From contig CAZSFV010000002.1 in NCBI GenBank assembly GCA_964606345.1, forward strand, positions 4,175 through 68,174: a stretch of DNA of 64,000 nucleotides. The letters run 5' to 3'. The notes under the pieces were generated by a model. It was given only the letters and a program-made list of their open reading frames with translations, was not told the DNA's origin and did not search any database. Source of the stretch: an uncultured Bacteroidaceae bacterium (GTDB lineage: Bacteria > Bacteroidota > Bacteroidia > Bacteroidales > P3). The translations under genes were made by a program, and so were the position numbers. The number at the start of each line of letters is the position of its first letter. Positions within the stretch are counted from its first letter, which is position 1. Positions 26,847 through 37,546 of the stretch are shown in pieces.

Positions 26847-29183
26847 TTAGTCGACTATCAATCGCAGTGTTGTGTTTCTTATGCTGATGGTGTACACGCC
26901 GATTGGCAGTATGCCGAGGTTTATTCTTAAAGTCTCTTGACCTGCTTTAAGTGCATACTCTTTGAGTCTTCGTCCTTGAATGTCCGACAAATACACCTTT
27001 ACCTCATCTTTCAAGCCTCCGACCTTCAAAATTGCGTAATCTTTTGCGGGATTCGGATACACGCTAAAATCAATGTCTTCGGTTAATGCATCATTCAAGG
27101 ATGAGTTTACTGTCAAGTTGAGCGTTACAACGCTGTCACAGCCGTTCGCAGCCTGCAAGGTTTGTGTATATGTTCCTACCTCGCTCACATTGAAACCGTT
27201 ATCCGTGTACACTTCTTCCTCGTTTATGCTTGCATTGATTATTGTGTCGAATATCTGATTGACGGTCAGGCAAAGCGTTATAACACTGTCGCAGCTTCCA
27301 ATGGTTTGCCTCCTTTGCGTGTACGTTCCTGCCTCGCTCTCCTCGAAACCGTTGTCCGTATAAGCCTCTCCTTCGCAGATTTCGGCAATAATGCTTTCGC
27401 TGTAACCCATGCTTTCAAACACGGCAACAAATGCGGTATCACTCATGACAGATACCACACGCGGATTTTCCGTATTACCATCGTTCCAACCGATAAACCT
27501 GCCACAAACGCCCTGTACTGCCGTCAGCTCAGTACCGAATTGCCCGCAAGAATAAGCCACCTCACCAAAAGCGGTATCGTTCACCGACAAATCAAGACTA
27601 TAAAGCATCGTATCCATGATATTTAGGAAGTGTCCCCATTTATTATCGCTTGCATAATCTCCCTGCGTTCCGCAAGGAACATATACCGGTATATTTCTAA
27701 TCTCTGCCGGGAATGTGTTTTCGTTGCTCAATACGGGCGGATAATAAGCCTTTACAATTATAGATGACAAACCCGTGCAACCGCCAAAAGCCGAGAGTCC
27801 CTCTGTCCCATTGCCTATAAAATTCACTGTACTCGGAATGGTTAGCGTTGTCAATCCGCTGCAACCGTAAAATGCTCCGTTCTCCACCGAAACAATTCCC
27901 TCCGAAAGTTCAACCGAGGTCAAACTGCTGCAGTTGTAGAACGTGCTGTCGTTGACAAATGTAACGCCGCCGGGTATATTTACCGAGGTCAAACTACTGC
28001 ACCCGTTGAAAGCACTACCTCCTATTGAGGTAACACTCTCCGGTATGCTTAGCGAGGTCAAGCTGTCGTTATCTCTTAGGAAATTGGCAGGTATATGCCG
28101 CACACTTTCGCCAATATTTACCGTTGTCAAGGCTGTGTTTGAAAAAGGAGAATGGTTCCATGAACTGAAATCAGAACAATTCACGGCATTAAAGTTAAGA
28201 GTCGTCAAGTTTTCACAACCGCTGAACGCTCCCGTTCCGATAAAAGTAACACCCTCCGGTATCGTTATTTCTGTCAAACTGCTGCAACCGCTGAACGCAT
28301 TGTCTACAATCATTTCAACACTGTCAGGTATGCTTATCGATGCCAACCTGCTACAATAAAAGAAAGCATTGGCACCTATGGCATTGAGACCGGTCGGCAA
28401 AACAACCGAAGTCAATTTGCTGCAACCGGAAAATAAGCGTGGTGCAATAATGGTAACTCCGGCAGGTATTGTTACCGAAGCCAACCTGCTGCAATCCTCA
28501 AACACGGCTCCTTCAATAGAAGTAACTCCGCTGCCTATCGTTACCGATGTTAAGCTGCTGCAACCCATAAACGCTCCGTACTTGATGACAACAACGCTGT
28601 CAGGAATATTTACCGTTATCAATCTGCTGCAATTTTCGAACGATTCTGCCCCTATGTAAGTAACACCTGTGCCTATCGTTACCGAAATCAAACCGGTACA
28701 ACCGCCAAACATTCTGTTCTCAATCGTATCAATCGCATTCGGAATAATGACCGAGGTCAAGGCTGCACAATTTTCAAACGCACGCTCTCCTATTGAGGTT
28801 ACACTCTCCGGTATAACCACCGATTTTATGCCGCTCTCTTGAAACGCACACGTGCCGATGGAAACAACACTGTTGGGCATAACAACCGAAGACAAACCGC
28901 TGCAAGCATAAAAAGCGAACTCCTCAACAGAGGTAACCATATATGTGCTGTCTCCCCTTTGCAGACTGCTCGGAATAACCACTTCACCACTTACATAATC
29001 AAGCTCACTGATACCCTCATGCGTTACTGCCACCGTGCTGTCCGATGTAATATTGTAGTACAGCCTTTTCCCTTGATATAAATAGGAGAAATCATATGCC
29101 GTTGCTTGGAACGAAATGAGGCACATTGCCATTGCTGTCATTATCGTTCGGAATAATGATTTATCCAGCCTGTATTGTTTCAT
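26847..29183 (-). CDS. BspA-like leucine-rich-repeat surface protein with T9SS type-A C-terminal sorting domain
   Basis: More than 15 repeats of F..CS.LTSV.IP..VT.IG..AF..C. Two ~51-aa GCDS-type repeats. C-terminus FSVYPNPAKDYAILKV...GVYTISI. Confidence 0.9.
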   Translation of the reverse strand: MKQYRLDKSLFRTIMTAMAMCLISFQATAYDFSYLYQGKRLYYNITSDSTVAVTHEGISELDYVSGEVVIPSSLQRGDSTYMVTSVEEFAFYACSGLSSVVMPNSVVSIGTCAFQESGIKSVVIPESVTSIGERAFENCAALTSVIIPNAIDTIENRMFGGCTGLISVTIGTGVTYIGAESFENCSRLITVNIPDSVVVIKYGAFMGCSSLTSVTIGSGVTSIEGAVFEDCSRLASVTIPAGVTIIAPRLFSGCSKLTSVVLPTGLNAIGANAFFYCSRLASISIPDSVEMIVDNAFSGCSSLTEITIPEGVTFIGTGAFSGCENLTTLNFNAVNCSDFSSWNHSPFSNTALTTVNIGESVRHIPANFLRDNDSLTSLSIPESVTSIGGSAFNGCSSLTSVNIPGGVTFVNDSTFYNCSSLTSVELSEGIVSVENGAFYGCSGLTTLTIPSTVNFIGNGTEGLSAFGGCTGLSSIIVKAYYPPVLSNENTFPAEIRNIPVYVPCGTQGDYASDNKWGHFLNIMDTMLYSLDLSVNDTAFGEVAYSCGQFGTELTAVQGVCGRFIGWNDGNTENPRVVSVMSDTAFVAVFESMGYSESIIAEICEGEAYTDNGFEESEAGTYTQRRQTIGSCDSVITLCLTVNQIFDTIINASINEEEVYTDNGFNVSEVGTYTQTLQAANGCDSVVTLNLTVNSSLNDALTEDIDFSVYPNPAKDYAILKVGGLKDEVKVYLSDIQGRRLKEYALKAGQETLRINLGILPIGVYTISIRNTTLRLIVD

Positions 29184-29430
29184 TGATGCTTCCGTTTTTG
29201 TTTATATTTGTTGCATATATGATTTGCAAAGGTATGACTTTTGCTCCTTATGAGCGATAACGACACATAAATCTTTTTCAAGCTTTTTTGCCGAAGCAAA
29301 ACCTCTGCCGCAATCATGTTCGCAAAAAGGCATTTCCGACAATCGCTCATTCCATTTTTTTGCAACGAAGCAATAAACAACAAGTTACCTTCGTTTGTAT
29401 GCTGTAATGTTTAACCTAAACTATAATTAG

Positions 29431-29877
29431 ATGAAAAAATTGAGTAAATGCATTTTGGTGCTTTTGGCTATGCTCCCATTCATGTCTTGTGAGTCTGCCG
29501 GTAACAAGGTTGTTGAATTTTCAAATCTGCCTTCAAAGGCTCAAACCTTTTTGAAGACTTATTTCGCCGACAAAGCCATCGCTGTGATTCTTTGCGATGA
29601 GGGTTTGTTCGATAAGGACTATGAAGTACGTTTCGAAGACAGTTCGGAGGTTGAGTTCGATGAAAACGGTGAGTGGAAAAGCGTCGAAATGAAAAACAGA
29701 CAGGCTGTACCCGATGGTATTATTCCTGCCGGAATAAAGACTTTCGTTAAAGCAAAACACCCTGCGGCTTTTGTGATTGAAATAAAAAAGGAACGCAAGG
29801 AGTACGATGTGGAGTTGAGCAACGGTGTTGATATTGTTTTCGACAAGAAAGGCAACTTCAAACGCTACGACGACTAA
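29431..29877 (+). CDS. PepSY-like (DUF2874-type) small periplasmic protein
   Basis: Signal peptide, then duplicated LP..A..F....F......V......YEV.F......EFD..G.W half-domains. Confidence 0.65.
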   Translation: MKKLSKCILVLLAMLPFMSCESAGNKVVEFSNLPSKAQTFLKTYFADKAIAVILCDEGLFDKDYEVRFEDSSEVEFDENGEWKSVEMKNRQAVPDGIIPAGIKTFVKAKHPAAFVIEIKKERKEYDVELSNGVDIVFDKKGNFKRYDD

Positions 29878-29935
29878 TCCCGCTGCAATTTTGCACAAGT
29901 CAAAAGGCACGGCAATCCTTTGAATGAGTGCATAG

Positions 29936-29990
29936 CAAAAAAAGAGAACCCGCTTTGCTCAAATAGAACGGCAAAGCGGGTTCTCTTTTT
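29936..29990. terminator. Bidirectional rho-independent terminator between convergent genes
   Basis: Perfect 16-bp stem agagaacccgctttgc (29943-29958) / gcaaagcgggttctct (29971-29986), flanked by an A-run and a T-run. Confidence 0.85.
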
Positions 29991-30004
29991 GTCGTATTCG
30001 GGAT

Positions 30005-30751
30005 TTATTTCTTGTTACCCTGATTGGCTACCTCGTCCATCAGTTTTTTCAATGTGGCTTCGTCGGCAAGGAATCGGTCGTTGTTCAATGTCAAATCGTC
30101 ATTCAGTTCAAACAAATACGGTATTCCTGTAGGGATATTGAACTTTATTATTTCGTCGTTGCTCATCTGCTTTAGCGTTTTCACAATTCCTCTCAACGAA
30201 TTGCCATGTGCAACCACCAACACGGTGTCGTTGTTCTCAAATGCTTTGAGTATGTGTTCTTTGTAGAAAGGCAACAATCTGTTTATACAGTCTTGCAGAC
30301 TCTCGGTCAAGGGCAGTTCCTTTCGGTCGACGCCTGCGTATCTCTTATCCATGTATGGAGAGCGTTCGTCCTCGGGTGCGAGCTTTGGAGACTGCACATC
30401 AAAACTTCTTCTCCACAAAAGAACCTGCTCCGCTCCGAATTTCTCGGTTGCCTCCGCCTTATTCTTTCCTTGCAGGTCGCCGTACGATTTTTCATTCAAC
30501 CGCCAGCTCTTCTCAACAGGAAGATAGTCCATATTCATTGCGTCCAACATGAAGTTCAATGTCTTTATCGCTCTTTTCAAATAGGAGGTGAAGCACATCT
30601 GCGGCTCTATTCCCTCTTCTTTAAGGGTTTTGCCTGCCTGCATTGCCTCTTTTATGCCCTGTTCTGTCAAATCCACGTCCGTCCAACCCGTGAACAAGTT
30701 CTTCAAATTCCATTCGCTTTGTCCGTGTCTCACTAAAATCAACTTCTTCAT
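30005..30751 (-). CDS. gpmA: 2,3-bisphosphoglycerate-dependent phosphoglycerate mutase
   Basis: LILVRHGQSEWNLKNLFTGWTDVDLTEQG; VVAHGNSLR. Confidence 0.95.
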   Translation of the reverse strand: MKKLILVRHGQSEWNLKNLFTGWTDVDLTEQGIKEAMQAGKTLKEEGIEPQMCFTSYLKRAIKTLNFMLDAMNMDYLPVEKSWRLNEKSYGDLQGKNKAEATEKFGAEQVLLWRRSFDVQSPKLAPEDERSPYMDKRYAGVDRKELPLTESLQDCINRLLPFYKEHILKAFENNDTVLVVAHGNSLRGIVKTLKQMSNDEIIKFNIPTGIPYLFELNDDLTLNNDRFLADEATLKKLMDEVANQGNKK

Positions 30752-30770
30752 TTCGTTCTGATATTATGTT

Positions 30771-31649
30771 TTACTTCTTGTTTGTCTTCTCATCCAATTT
30801 CAGGCTTGCAATATCTGTAATCCGCCCCGTCTTGTTGCAAAATGCCGCTGCCAACACCACGATGCCTGCAAGTATGAACGGTATGCTCAATATCTGTCCC
30901 ATGTTCAACACCATCGATGCCTCCCAACTTTCCTGCACTTCTTTCCAATGTTCTATTATAAGGCGTGAGGTGAATACCATCACAAGGAACAATCCGAACA
31001 ATACCCCGTTCTTCGGCTTTCTTTTCGTGTGCAGATAGCAGAAAAGCAACACTGCGAAACAGAACAGGTAAGCCGTTGCTTCGTAAAGCTGTGTCGGGTG
31101 TTTGGCTGCTTGTTCGCCATTTCTCAAAAACACGAATCCCCAATCGCTGCCCGTTGCCACTCCATAGATTTCGCTGTTTGCCAAATTTCCCAAGCGTATG
31201 AATGCTCCGGCAAGGGCAACTATGATGACCAACCTGTCCAATACCCAAAACATGGGCAATTTTGTTTTACGCGAATAAAGCCATATTGCCAACAATATTC
31301 CTATCGCACCGCCGTGCGAAGCCAATCCCTGGTAACCAATGAACTGCCAACCCTCTGCCGTGCTTTTTATCGGCAGCAACATCTCTATCGGGTGAGAAAG
31401 ATAGTAAGAAGGTTCATAAAAAAGACAGTGTCCAAGCCTTGCCCCTATCAACACGCCGAGAAAAACGTAAAGTGCCAAACGGTCGAGGTACGAAACAGGA
31501 ACTTTTTCTTTGTTAAACACCATGGTTTTCAAAATGCAATAGCCTGCAACGAAAGCCAGAGCAAACAAAAGACTGTACCATCTCAACTCAAATGAACCGA
31601 GAGTAAAGGCAACGGGGTTCATATTCCACATGACGGCTGCAATGCTCAT
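30771..31649 (-). CDS. lgt: Prolipoprotein diacylglyceryl transferase
   Basis: Polytopic membrane protein with GGAIG and the HPTQLYEA signature. Confidence 0.9.
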   Translation of the reverse strand: MSIAAVMWNMNPVAFTLGSFELRWYSLLFALAFVAGYCILKTMVFNKEKVPVSYLDRLALYVFLGVLIGARLGHCLFYEPSYYLSHPIEMLLPIKSTAEGWQFIGYQGLASHGGAIGILLAIWLYSRKTKLPMFWVLDRLVIIVALAGAFIRLGNLANSEIYGVATGSDWGFVFLRNGEQAAKHPTQLYEATAYLFCFAVLLFCYLHTKRKPKNGVLFGLFLVMVFTSRLIIEHWKEVQESWEASMVLNMGQILSIPFILAGIVVLAAAFCNKTGRITDIASLKLDEKTNKK

Positions 31650-31677
31650 TTCAATAACGTATTAAGGTAAACGCCTG

Positions 31678-31685
31678 CAAAGGTA
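31678..31685 (-). promoter_or_regulatory. Bacteroidetes -7 box (TACCTTTG on the minus strand) for lgt
   Basis: caaaggta on the plus strand, 29 nt upstream of the lgt ATG. Confidence 0.45.
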
Positions 31686-31882
31686 GTAAATTTAATCCGA
31701 TTACAGCAAAAGAGCCGCCACAGGCTTGAGAAAAGAAAGAAGAGCAATCGCAGCGGGGCTTTACTCTTGGAACAGGCTGTTTGTTTGAACAAAGTTATTG
31801 GGGTTTTATTTGTAACGTGTCGAAAATAGTTGTAATTTTGTCGTCTCAACGGAGAAACACTCCTTTTTCGGCAAACAAAAAC

Positions 31883-31965
31883 CGAATCGCCGTTCGGTCG
31901 AAATGAAACGCCGAAATAAAAAAATGAATCGGCGATTCATTTTTTTGAATCGCCGATTCATTTCG
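31883..31965. repeat. Dispersed palindromic intergenic repeat, locus B
   Basis: gaatcgccgttcggtcgaaatgaaacgccgaaataaaaaaatgaatcggcgattcatttttttgaatcgccgattcatttcg. Confidence 0.85.
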
Positions 31966-32019
31966 AGAGGTTTCAAAAGGTTGAAAAACAAAGCATAATA
32001 AACAAACAACATAAACAAG

Positions 32020-34851
32020 ATGATAACAAACAATTTTGCACACCGTCACAACGGTCCACAACCTGCGGAGGTTGAAAAAATGTTGAAAGTCATCGGCGTT
32101 AAGAGCGTAGATGAGCTTATCGACAAAACCATTCCCGAAAAGATACGTTTCAAAAAACCTTTGAACCTTCCCGAGGGAATGAACGAATACGAATATTTCA
32201 CGATGTTGAAACGCTTGGCGGCAAAGAACAAAATATACAATACTTATATAGGTCAAGGATACTACAACACCATCACACCGGCAGTCTTGCAACGAAACAT
32301 TTTGGAGAATCCGGGTTGGTACACTTCCTACACCCCTTATCAGGCAGAAATATCGCAAGGTCGTTTGGAGACTTTGTTTACCTTCCAAACGGTTATCTGT
32401 TCGCTTACTTCAATGCCGTTGGCAAATGCATCACTGCTTGACGAGGCAACAGCGTGTGCAGAAGCCATGTTGATGTTCTACGGTTCCCGCAGTCGTACAC
32501 AACAAAAAGCCAACGTATGCAAGTTTTTCGTAAGCGAGGATTTGTTCACACAGTCCATAGACGTTATCAAGACAAGAGCCTTGCCACGCGGCATTGAGGT
32601 TGTAGTGGGAAGCGAAAGCACCGTTTTGGACGACACATACTTCGGAGCAATTCTGCAATACCCTAACAGCAAAGGCGAAATAAAGGATTACGCAAAGTTC
32701 GTAACCGATGCAAAATCAAAAGGTATATTTGTGGCAGTCAGTGCCGACATAATGAGTTTGGCTCTTTTGACACCTCCGGGAGAATGGGGAGCAGACTGTG
32801 TCTGCGGTTCCACACAGAGATTCGGTTGTCCGATGAGCTTCGGCGGACCGTCGGCAGCTTACTTTGCATGCACGGAGAACTTCAAAAGAACAATGCCCGG
32901 CAGAATAATAGGCAGAACTTTGGACGCACAGGGCAACAAAGCCTTTCGTCTTGCATTGCAGACAAGAGAACAACACATCAAAAGAGAGAAAGCAACCTCC
33001 AACATCTGCACCGCACAAGCATTGGTTGCCATAATGGCAGGACAATACGCATGCTGGCACGGACAAGAAGGCATAAGAGAAATTGCACAAGACATAAACA
33101 ACACCGCAGCAACCGTTGCCGCAGCGGCAGAGGCTTACGGATACAAGCAAAAGAACGAATACTATTTCGATACCATTCGTTTAACCTGCCCTGTTTCCGC
33201 AACAGAGGTATGCCGCTTGGCAGAGAAGAACGAAATGAACTTTCTGCTAATCGATAACGAAACAATAGGAATTTCGACCGACGAAACCACCGGTTGCAAA
33301 GAGGTGGAACGCATATTGAAAGTATTGGCAGAAGCAGCCGGAAAGACATATCAAGCATTCGACTGCAAGAAAGCCGACACCATACCCGGCAATTTGAAAA
33401 GACAAACGCCTTATTTGACACAAGAAATCTTCAATAAGTATCACAGCGAAACCGAAATGATGCGCTATTTGAAGAAGATGGAAGTTAAGGATTTGTCGTT
33501 GAATCGTGCCATGATACCGCTCGGCTCCTGCACAATGAAGTTGAACGCCGCCATGGAGATGATTCCTTTCACCTGGGCAGAGTTCACAAGCATTCACCCA
33601 TTCGTTCCGGCAGACCAAGCGGCAGGTTACATTGAAATGATTGCCGACATGGACAAAATGCTTTCCGAAATCACCGGATTCGCAAAGATAAGCCTTCAAC
33701 CGAACTCGGGAGCGGCAGGCGAGTATGCGGGATTGACCACAATCCGAAACTATCAACGAGCAAACGGTCAAGAGAACAGAACGGTATGTCTTATTCCTGC
33801 TTCGGCTCACGGCACAAACCCCGCTTCGGCAGCAATGGCAGGCATGAACATAATAGTCATCAAAACCACTGCAGACGGAGAAATAGACATAGCCGACTTG
33901 AAAGAAAAGGCTGAGGCGAACAAAGAGAACCTCTCTTGCCTCATGATAACCTATCCTTCAACCCACGGAGTGTTTGAAGAAGGCATAATCGACATTATAA
34001 ACATCATTCACGAGAACGGCGGCTTGGTTTACATGGACGGAGCCAACATGAACGCTCAAATAGGTTTGACTTCACCGGGTTACATGGGTGCAGACGTTTG
34101 CCACTTGAACCTTCACAAATCGTTCGCAATGCCTCACGGCGGCGGCGGTCCGGGAGTGGGACCTATAGGAGCAACAGCCAAATTGGCAGACTACCTTCCT
34201 ACGCACTCAATCGTGTCCACCGGCTCGCACAAAGGCACACCCGTTTCGGCTTCTCCTTTCGGAAGTGCAGGTCTTTTGCCGATAACCTACGGCTATTTGA
34301 AGATGTGCGGAAGAGAAGGCTTGGAACAAGCAACCAAATACGCCATACTCAACGCCAATTACATGCGTGCAAGAATTGCAACGGCATACAATATTCTTTA
34401 CACAGGCAAACACGGCATGTGCGCCCACGAATTTATAATGGATTGCAACCAATTCTCATTGAGTTCGGGTGTACAATGCGGCGATATTGCAAAACGTTTG
34501 ATGGACTACGGCTTCCATGCACCTACGGTTGCATTCCCCGTACACGGAACATTGATGATTGAGCCTACGGAGAGCGAACCGCTTTCGGAAATGGATCGTT
34601 TGTGCGATGCTTTGATAGAAATCCGCAAAGAAATAAAGGAAATAGAGGACGGAAAGGCAGACAAACAGAACAACGTCATAATGAACGCTCCTCACACCAT
34701 GCAGGTCGTTTGTTCCGACACCTGGGACAGACCATACAGCAGGCAGAGAGCAGCATTCCCGTTGCCTTACGATGACAAGTATTGGCCAATGGCTTCAAAA
34801 GTTGACGATGCCTATGGCGACAGAAACCTTGTCGTAAGCTGGGAAGAATAA
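32020..34851 (+). CDS. gcvP: Glycine dehydrogenase (aminomethyl-transferring), single-chain P-protein
   Basis: 943 aa; N-terminus FA.RH.GP...E...ML..IG; TSYTPYQAEISQGRLE; HLNLHKSFAMPHGGGGPG. Confidence 0.95.
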   Translation: MITNNFAHRHNGPQPAEVEKMLKVIGVKSVDELIDKTIPEKIRFKKPLNLPEGMNEYEYFTMLKRLAAKNKIYNTYIGQGYYNTITPAVLQRNILENPGWYTSYTPYQAEISQGRLETLFTFQTVICSLTSMPLANASLLDEATACAEAMLMFYGSRSRTQQKANVCKFFVSEDLFTQSIDVIKTRALPRGIEVVVGSESTVLDDTYFGAILQYPNSKGEIKDYAKFVTDAKSKGIFVAVSADIMSLALLTPPGEWGADCVCGSTQRFGCPMSFGGPSAAYFACTENFKRTMPGRIIGRTLDAQGNKAFRLALQTREQHIKREKATSNICTAQALVAIMAGQYACWHGQEGIREIAQDINNTAATVAAAAEAYGYKQKNEYYFDTIRLTCPVSATEVCRLAEKNEMNFLLIDNETIGISTDETTGCKEVERILKVLAEAAGKTYQAFDCKKADTIPGNLKRQTPYLTQEIFNKYHSETEMMRYLKKMEVKDLSLNRAMIPLGSCTMKLNAAMEMIPFTWAEFTSIHPFVPADQAAGYIEMIADMDKMLSEITGFAKISLQPNSGAAGEYAGLTTIRNYQRANGQENRTVCLIPASAHGTNPASAAMAGMNIIVIKTTADGEIDIADLKEKAEANKENLSCLMITYPSTHGVFEEGIIDIINIIHENGGLVYMDGANMNAQIGLTSPGYMGADVCHLNLHKSFAMPHGGGGPGVGPIGATAKLADYLPTHSIVSTGSHKGTPVSASPFGSAGLLPITYGYLKMCGREGLEQATKYAILNANYMRARIATAYNILYTGKHGMCAHEFIMDCNQFSLSSGVQCGDIAKRLMDYGFHAPTVAFPVHGTLMIEPTESEPLSEMDRLCDALIEIRKEIKEIEDGKADKQNNVIMNAPHTMQVVCSDTWDRPYSRQRAAFPLPYDDKYWPMASKVDDAYGDRNLVVSWEE

Positions 34852-34885
34852 AAAAACATCATAGTTGATTATTTTTACGCAGAGA

Positions 34886-34925
34886 AGAAAGGATAGGCGA
34901 CAACAGCTTATCCTTTCTCTTTTTG
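34886..34925 (+). terminator. Rho-independent terminator of gcvP
   Basis: agaaaggata (34886-34895) / tatcctttct (34909-34918), followed by cttttt. Confidence 0.75.
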
Positions 34926-34987
34926 CTTTTGAGCGAAAAAAATCAGTTCTCTACATTGCAAAAAACGACTGCGGCAAGCAGCAAAGA

Positions 34988-35072
34988 ACGAATCGTCCTT
35001 CCGCCCAAACGAATGGCTGATTCAAAAAAATGAATCGGCGAAAGAATTTTTTGAATCAGCCTTTCATTTTCT
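34988..35072. repeat. Dispersed palindromic intergenic repeat, locus C
   Basis: acgaatcgtcc...acgaatggctgattcaaaaaaatgaatcggcgaaagaattttttgaatcagcctttcatttt. Confidence 0.85.
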
Positions 35073-35224
35073 TCTTTCTGCGTTTCGCTTTTTCGGGGCT
35101 TTTGTCAAGTGCGTCCTCGGGCTATTTCGATGTTTTGGAGGTGTGGAAAAATGGAATGAATGTTATAAATTTTCTTTTGCAAGCTATAGACATGATTACA
35201 GGAGGCGGGTTTCGGAAAAAATGC

Positions 35225-35232
35225 TACCTTTG
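35225..35232 (+). promoter_or_regulatory. Bacteroidetes -7 box (TACCTTTG)
   Basis: 30 nt upstream of the ATG at 35262. Confidence 0.45.
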
Positions 35233-35261
35233 CAAAAGTTACCATATATGATTTAAGCACA

Positions 35262-37529
35262 ATGAATGTATTGAAAAAGTTTTCAGATTATTTCTTCAAA
35301 GAACCGTTCTCTGCATTAAAAAACAAGAGCGGCTTGCTTAGCGGCGGTGAATGGCTTGCTTGGCGTCCGATATTCATATTTGCGATTATCTTTTCGCTGT
35401 TCGGATTGATATTCATGGCAAAAGATGCCGGCATTTCGGGTGATGAGTTTTTCCATGTCTTTCATTCAAAAGATGTAATAGACTACTACAAGACCTGTGG
35501 GGAGAACAAAGCTGCCGCAACACCGACCGAAAAGAATAACCTGCCGTATTACAGTCAGTCTCCCGATACTTTCATTCACTTGATAATAAACGCATTCAAC
35601 ATAGACGACTATATGCCCTATCGGCACTTGCTTTGCAATCTATTGGGCTGGTTGGGAATACTGTATGCGAGCCTTTTGGCACGCAGAATAGGCGGGTGGC
35701 GGGCTGCCGTCTTCACCTGCGTTCTGATGTTTCTTTCGCCGAGGTTCTTGGGACACTCTTTCAACAACCTGAAAGACATTCCTTTCGCCTCTGCATGCAT
35801 AATGTCGATTTACTACATCGTCAAGTTTTTGGACAATCTGCCGAAAATCAAAATATCGACAGCCGTCATGCTCTGCCTTTCCATTGCTTTTGCAAGCTCG
35901 ATTCGTGTCGGCGGTTTGTTGATGGTCGCTTACTTCGGTTTGTTCGCCATCATATACTATATATATAGGTGCAAGAGCTTGAAGGGTGTGTTCTTCAAAA
36001 CCCTGTTATGGTCGTTGGGTATATGTATTGCGGCATACGTCCTTTGCGTACTCACGTGGCCTTACGCCTTGGAGGGACCGGTGTCCAACGTTTACGATGC
36101 TTTTACCAACATGAGCAAGTTCCAGATTGCCATAAAGCAGGTTTTTGAGGGTAAGATGCAATGGTCGGACAATCTTCCACTCTATTACTCTCCCAAGTTC
36201 ATGCTGATGACAATCCCGATTATCGTTCTATTGGGATTCTTGTTGGGACTCATATTCCTGCACTATAACAGAAAGCAGTGGTTTCACTACATGGTGGTGC
36301 TTTTTACGGCTTTGTTCCCAATATGTTGGATAGTGCTTGACCGTTCCAATGTTTATGGCGGTTGGAGACACCTTTTGTTCACCTATCCCTCGATAGTGGT
36401 TTTTGCAGCTTTGGGCTTGAACAGCCTTTTGACCTTGATAAGAAACCGCTATGCACAATATGCCGTGGGACTTGCCTATTGTTTGCTCTGCGTTAACCCC
36501 ATATCGCATTATATACGCAATCACCCTTATGAATACGTCTACTTCAATCAACTCTTAGGCTCGACAAAAAACGCCTACGGACAATACGAAATGGATTATT
36601 ACTACCACTCCTTGCGGGAAGCGGCGGATTGGGTGAAACAGAACGCAAAAAAAGACAGTCTGACCACGGGGGACAAGATTATAGTGGCTTGTTGGCATAT
36701 CCACCCTGCGAATTACTACTTCAAGAACGACACGGCTCGATTCGAAACTGCCTTTGTGCGTTGGGCAGAGCGGGGTAACTCGGATTGGGATTACGCCATA
36801 GTATGCACAACCGGCATAGAACCGGGAACGATTCAGAACGGAACCTATCCGCCAAAGAACACGGTACACGAAATCAAAGTGGACGGAGTACCCATCGCCA
36901 TAGTGCTAAAACGTGAACAAAAATACGATTGGAAAGGTTTTGAAGCCTTGAAGGCAAACGATGTAGACAAGGCAAAGGACTTGTTCAACAAAGCATTGGC
37001 TGTTGAACCAACAAACGAAACGGCGGCTTTGAGCCTTGCGAACATATACTTTGCCGAATCGAAGACAGACAGCCTCAGAGCGGATCGACTTGAAAAAGCA
37101 GCCAAGCTGTTGGATACATTCATAGCAGCCAATCCGAACCACGAGACTGCCAACTGCATGAAAGCACAATACCATTTGTTGAAAGGGGAAGCGGACAAAG
37201 CAATCGTTATTTGCGACAAAGTGATTTCGGATAACTACAAGTATAGTTGGGCTTATCAGCTTGCAGCACAAGCAAAGCTGCAAACAGGAGACTTAAACGG
37301 GGCAGAGAACTATTTGGTAAAGCTGTTGAAGACAGGAAGAATAGACGATGGTCTCTACCAAATGCTGTTGCAAATTTTCAAGTATCAAGGCTTGGACGAG
37401 ATAAACGCCAATGTTAAACTCTATTCACTGTTGGAAGAATATTATCTGTCCATCGGAGAAAAGAAAGGGGCAGAACAATGTACTCAGGCAATAGAAAGCC
37501 TCATGAGACAGCAATACGGAAGACAATAA
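35262..37529 (+). CDS. GT-C fold (GT39/ArnT/PMT-like) membrane glycosyltransferase with C-terminal TPR repeats
   Basis: About 11 transmembrane segments, a first-loop acidic motif SGDEFFH, and a C-terminal ~200 aa with TPR-like periodicity (ALAVEPTNETAALSLANIY..., ANPNHETANCMKAQYHL...). Confidence 0.6.
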   Translation: MNVLKKFSDYFFKEPFSALKNKSGLLSGGEWLAWRPIFIFAIIFSLFGLIFMAKDAGISGDEFFHVFHSKDVIDYYKTCGENKAAATPTEKNNLPYYSQSPDTFIHLIINAFNIDDYMPYRHLLCNLLGWLGILYASLLARRIGGWRAAVFTCVLMFLSPRFLGHSFNNLKDIPFASACIMSIYYIVKFLDNLPKIKISTAVMLCLSIAFASSIRVGGLLMVAYFGLFAIIYYIYRCKSLKGVFFKTLLWSLGICIAAYVLCVLTWPYALEGPVSNVYDAFTNMSKFQIAIKQVFEGKMQWSDNLPLYYSPKFMLMTIPIIVLLGFLLGLIFLHYNRKQWFHYMVVLFTALFPICWIVLDRSNVYGGWRHLLFTYPSIVVFAALGLNSLLTLIRNRYAQYAVGLAYCLLCVNPISHYIRNHPYEYVYFNQLLGSTKNAYGQYEMDYYYHSLREAADWVKQNAKKDSLTTGDKIIVACWHIHPANYYFKNDTARFETAFVRWAERGNSDWDYAIVCTTGIEPGTIQNGTYPPKNTVHEIKVDGVPIAIVLKREQKYDWKGFEALKANDVDKAKDLFNKALAVEPTNETAALSLANIYFAESKTDSLRADRLEKAAKLLDTFIAANPNHETANCMKAQYHLLKGEADKAIVICDKVISDNYKYSWAYQLAAQAKLQTGDLNGAENYLVKLLKTGRIDDGLYQMLLQIFKYQGLDEINANVKLYSLLEEYYLSIGEKKGAEQCTQAIESLMRQQYGRQ

Positions 37530-37546
37530 CCACAAAAACAAATTAT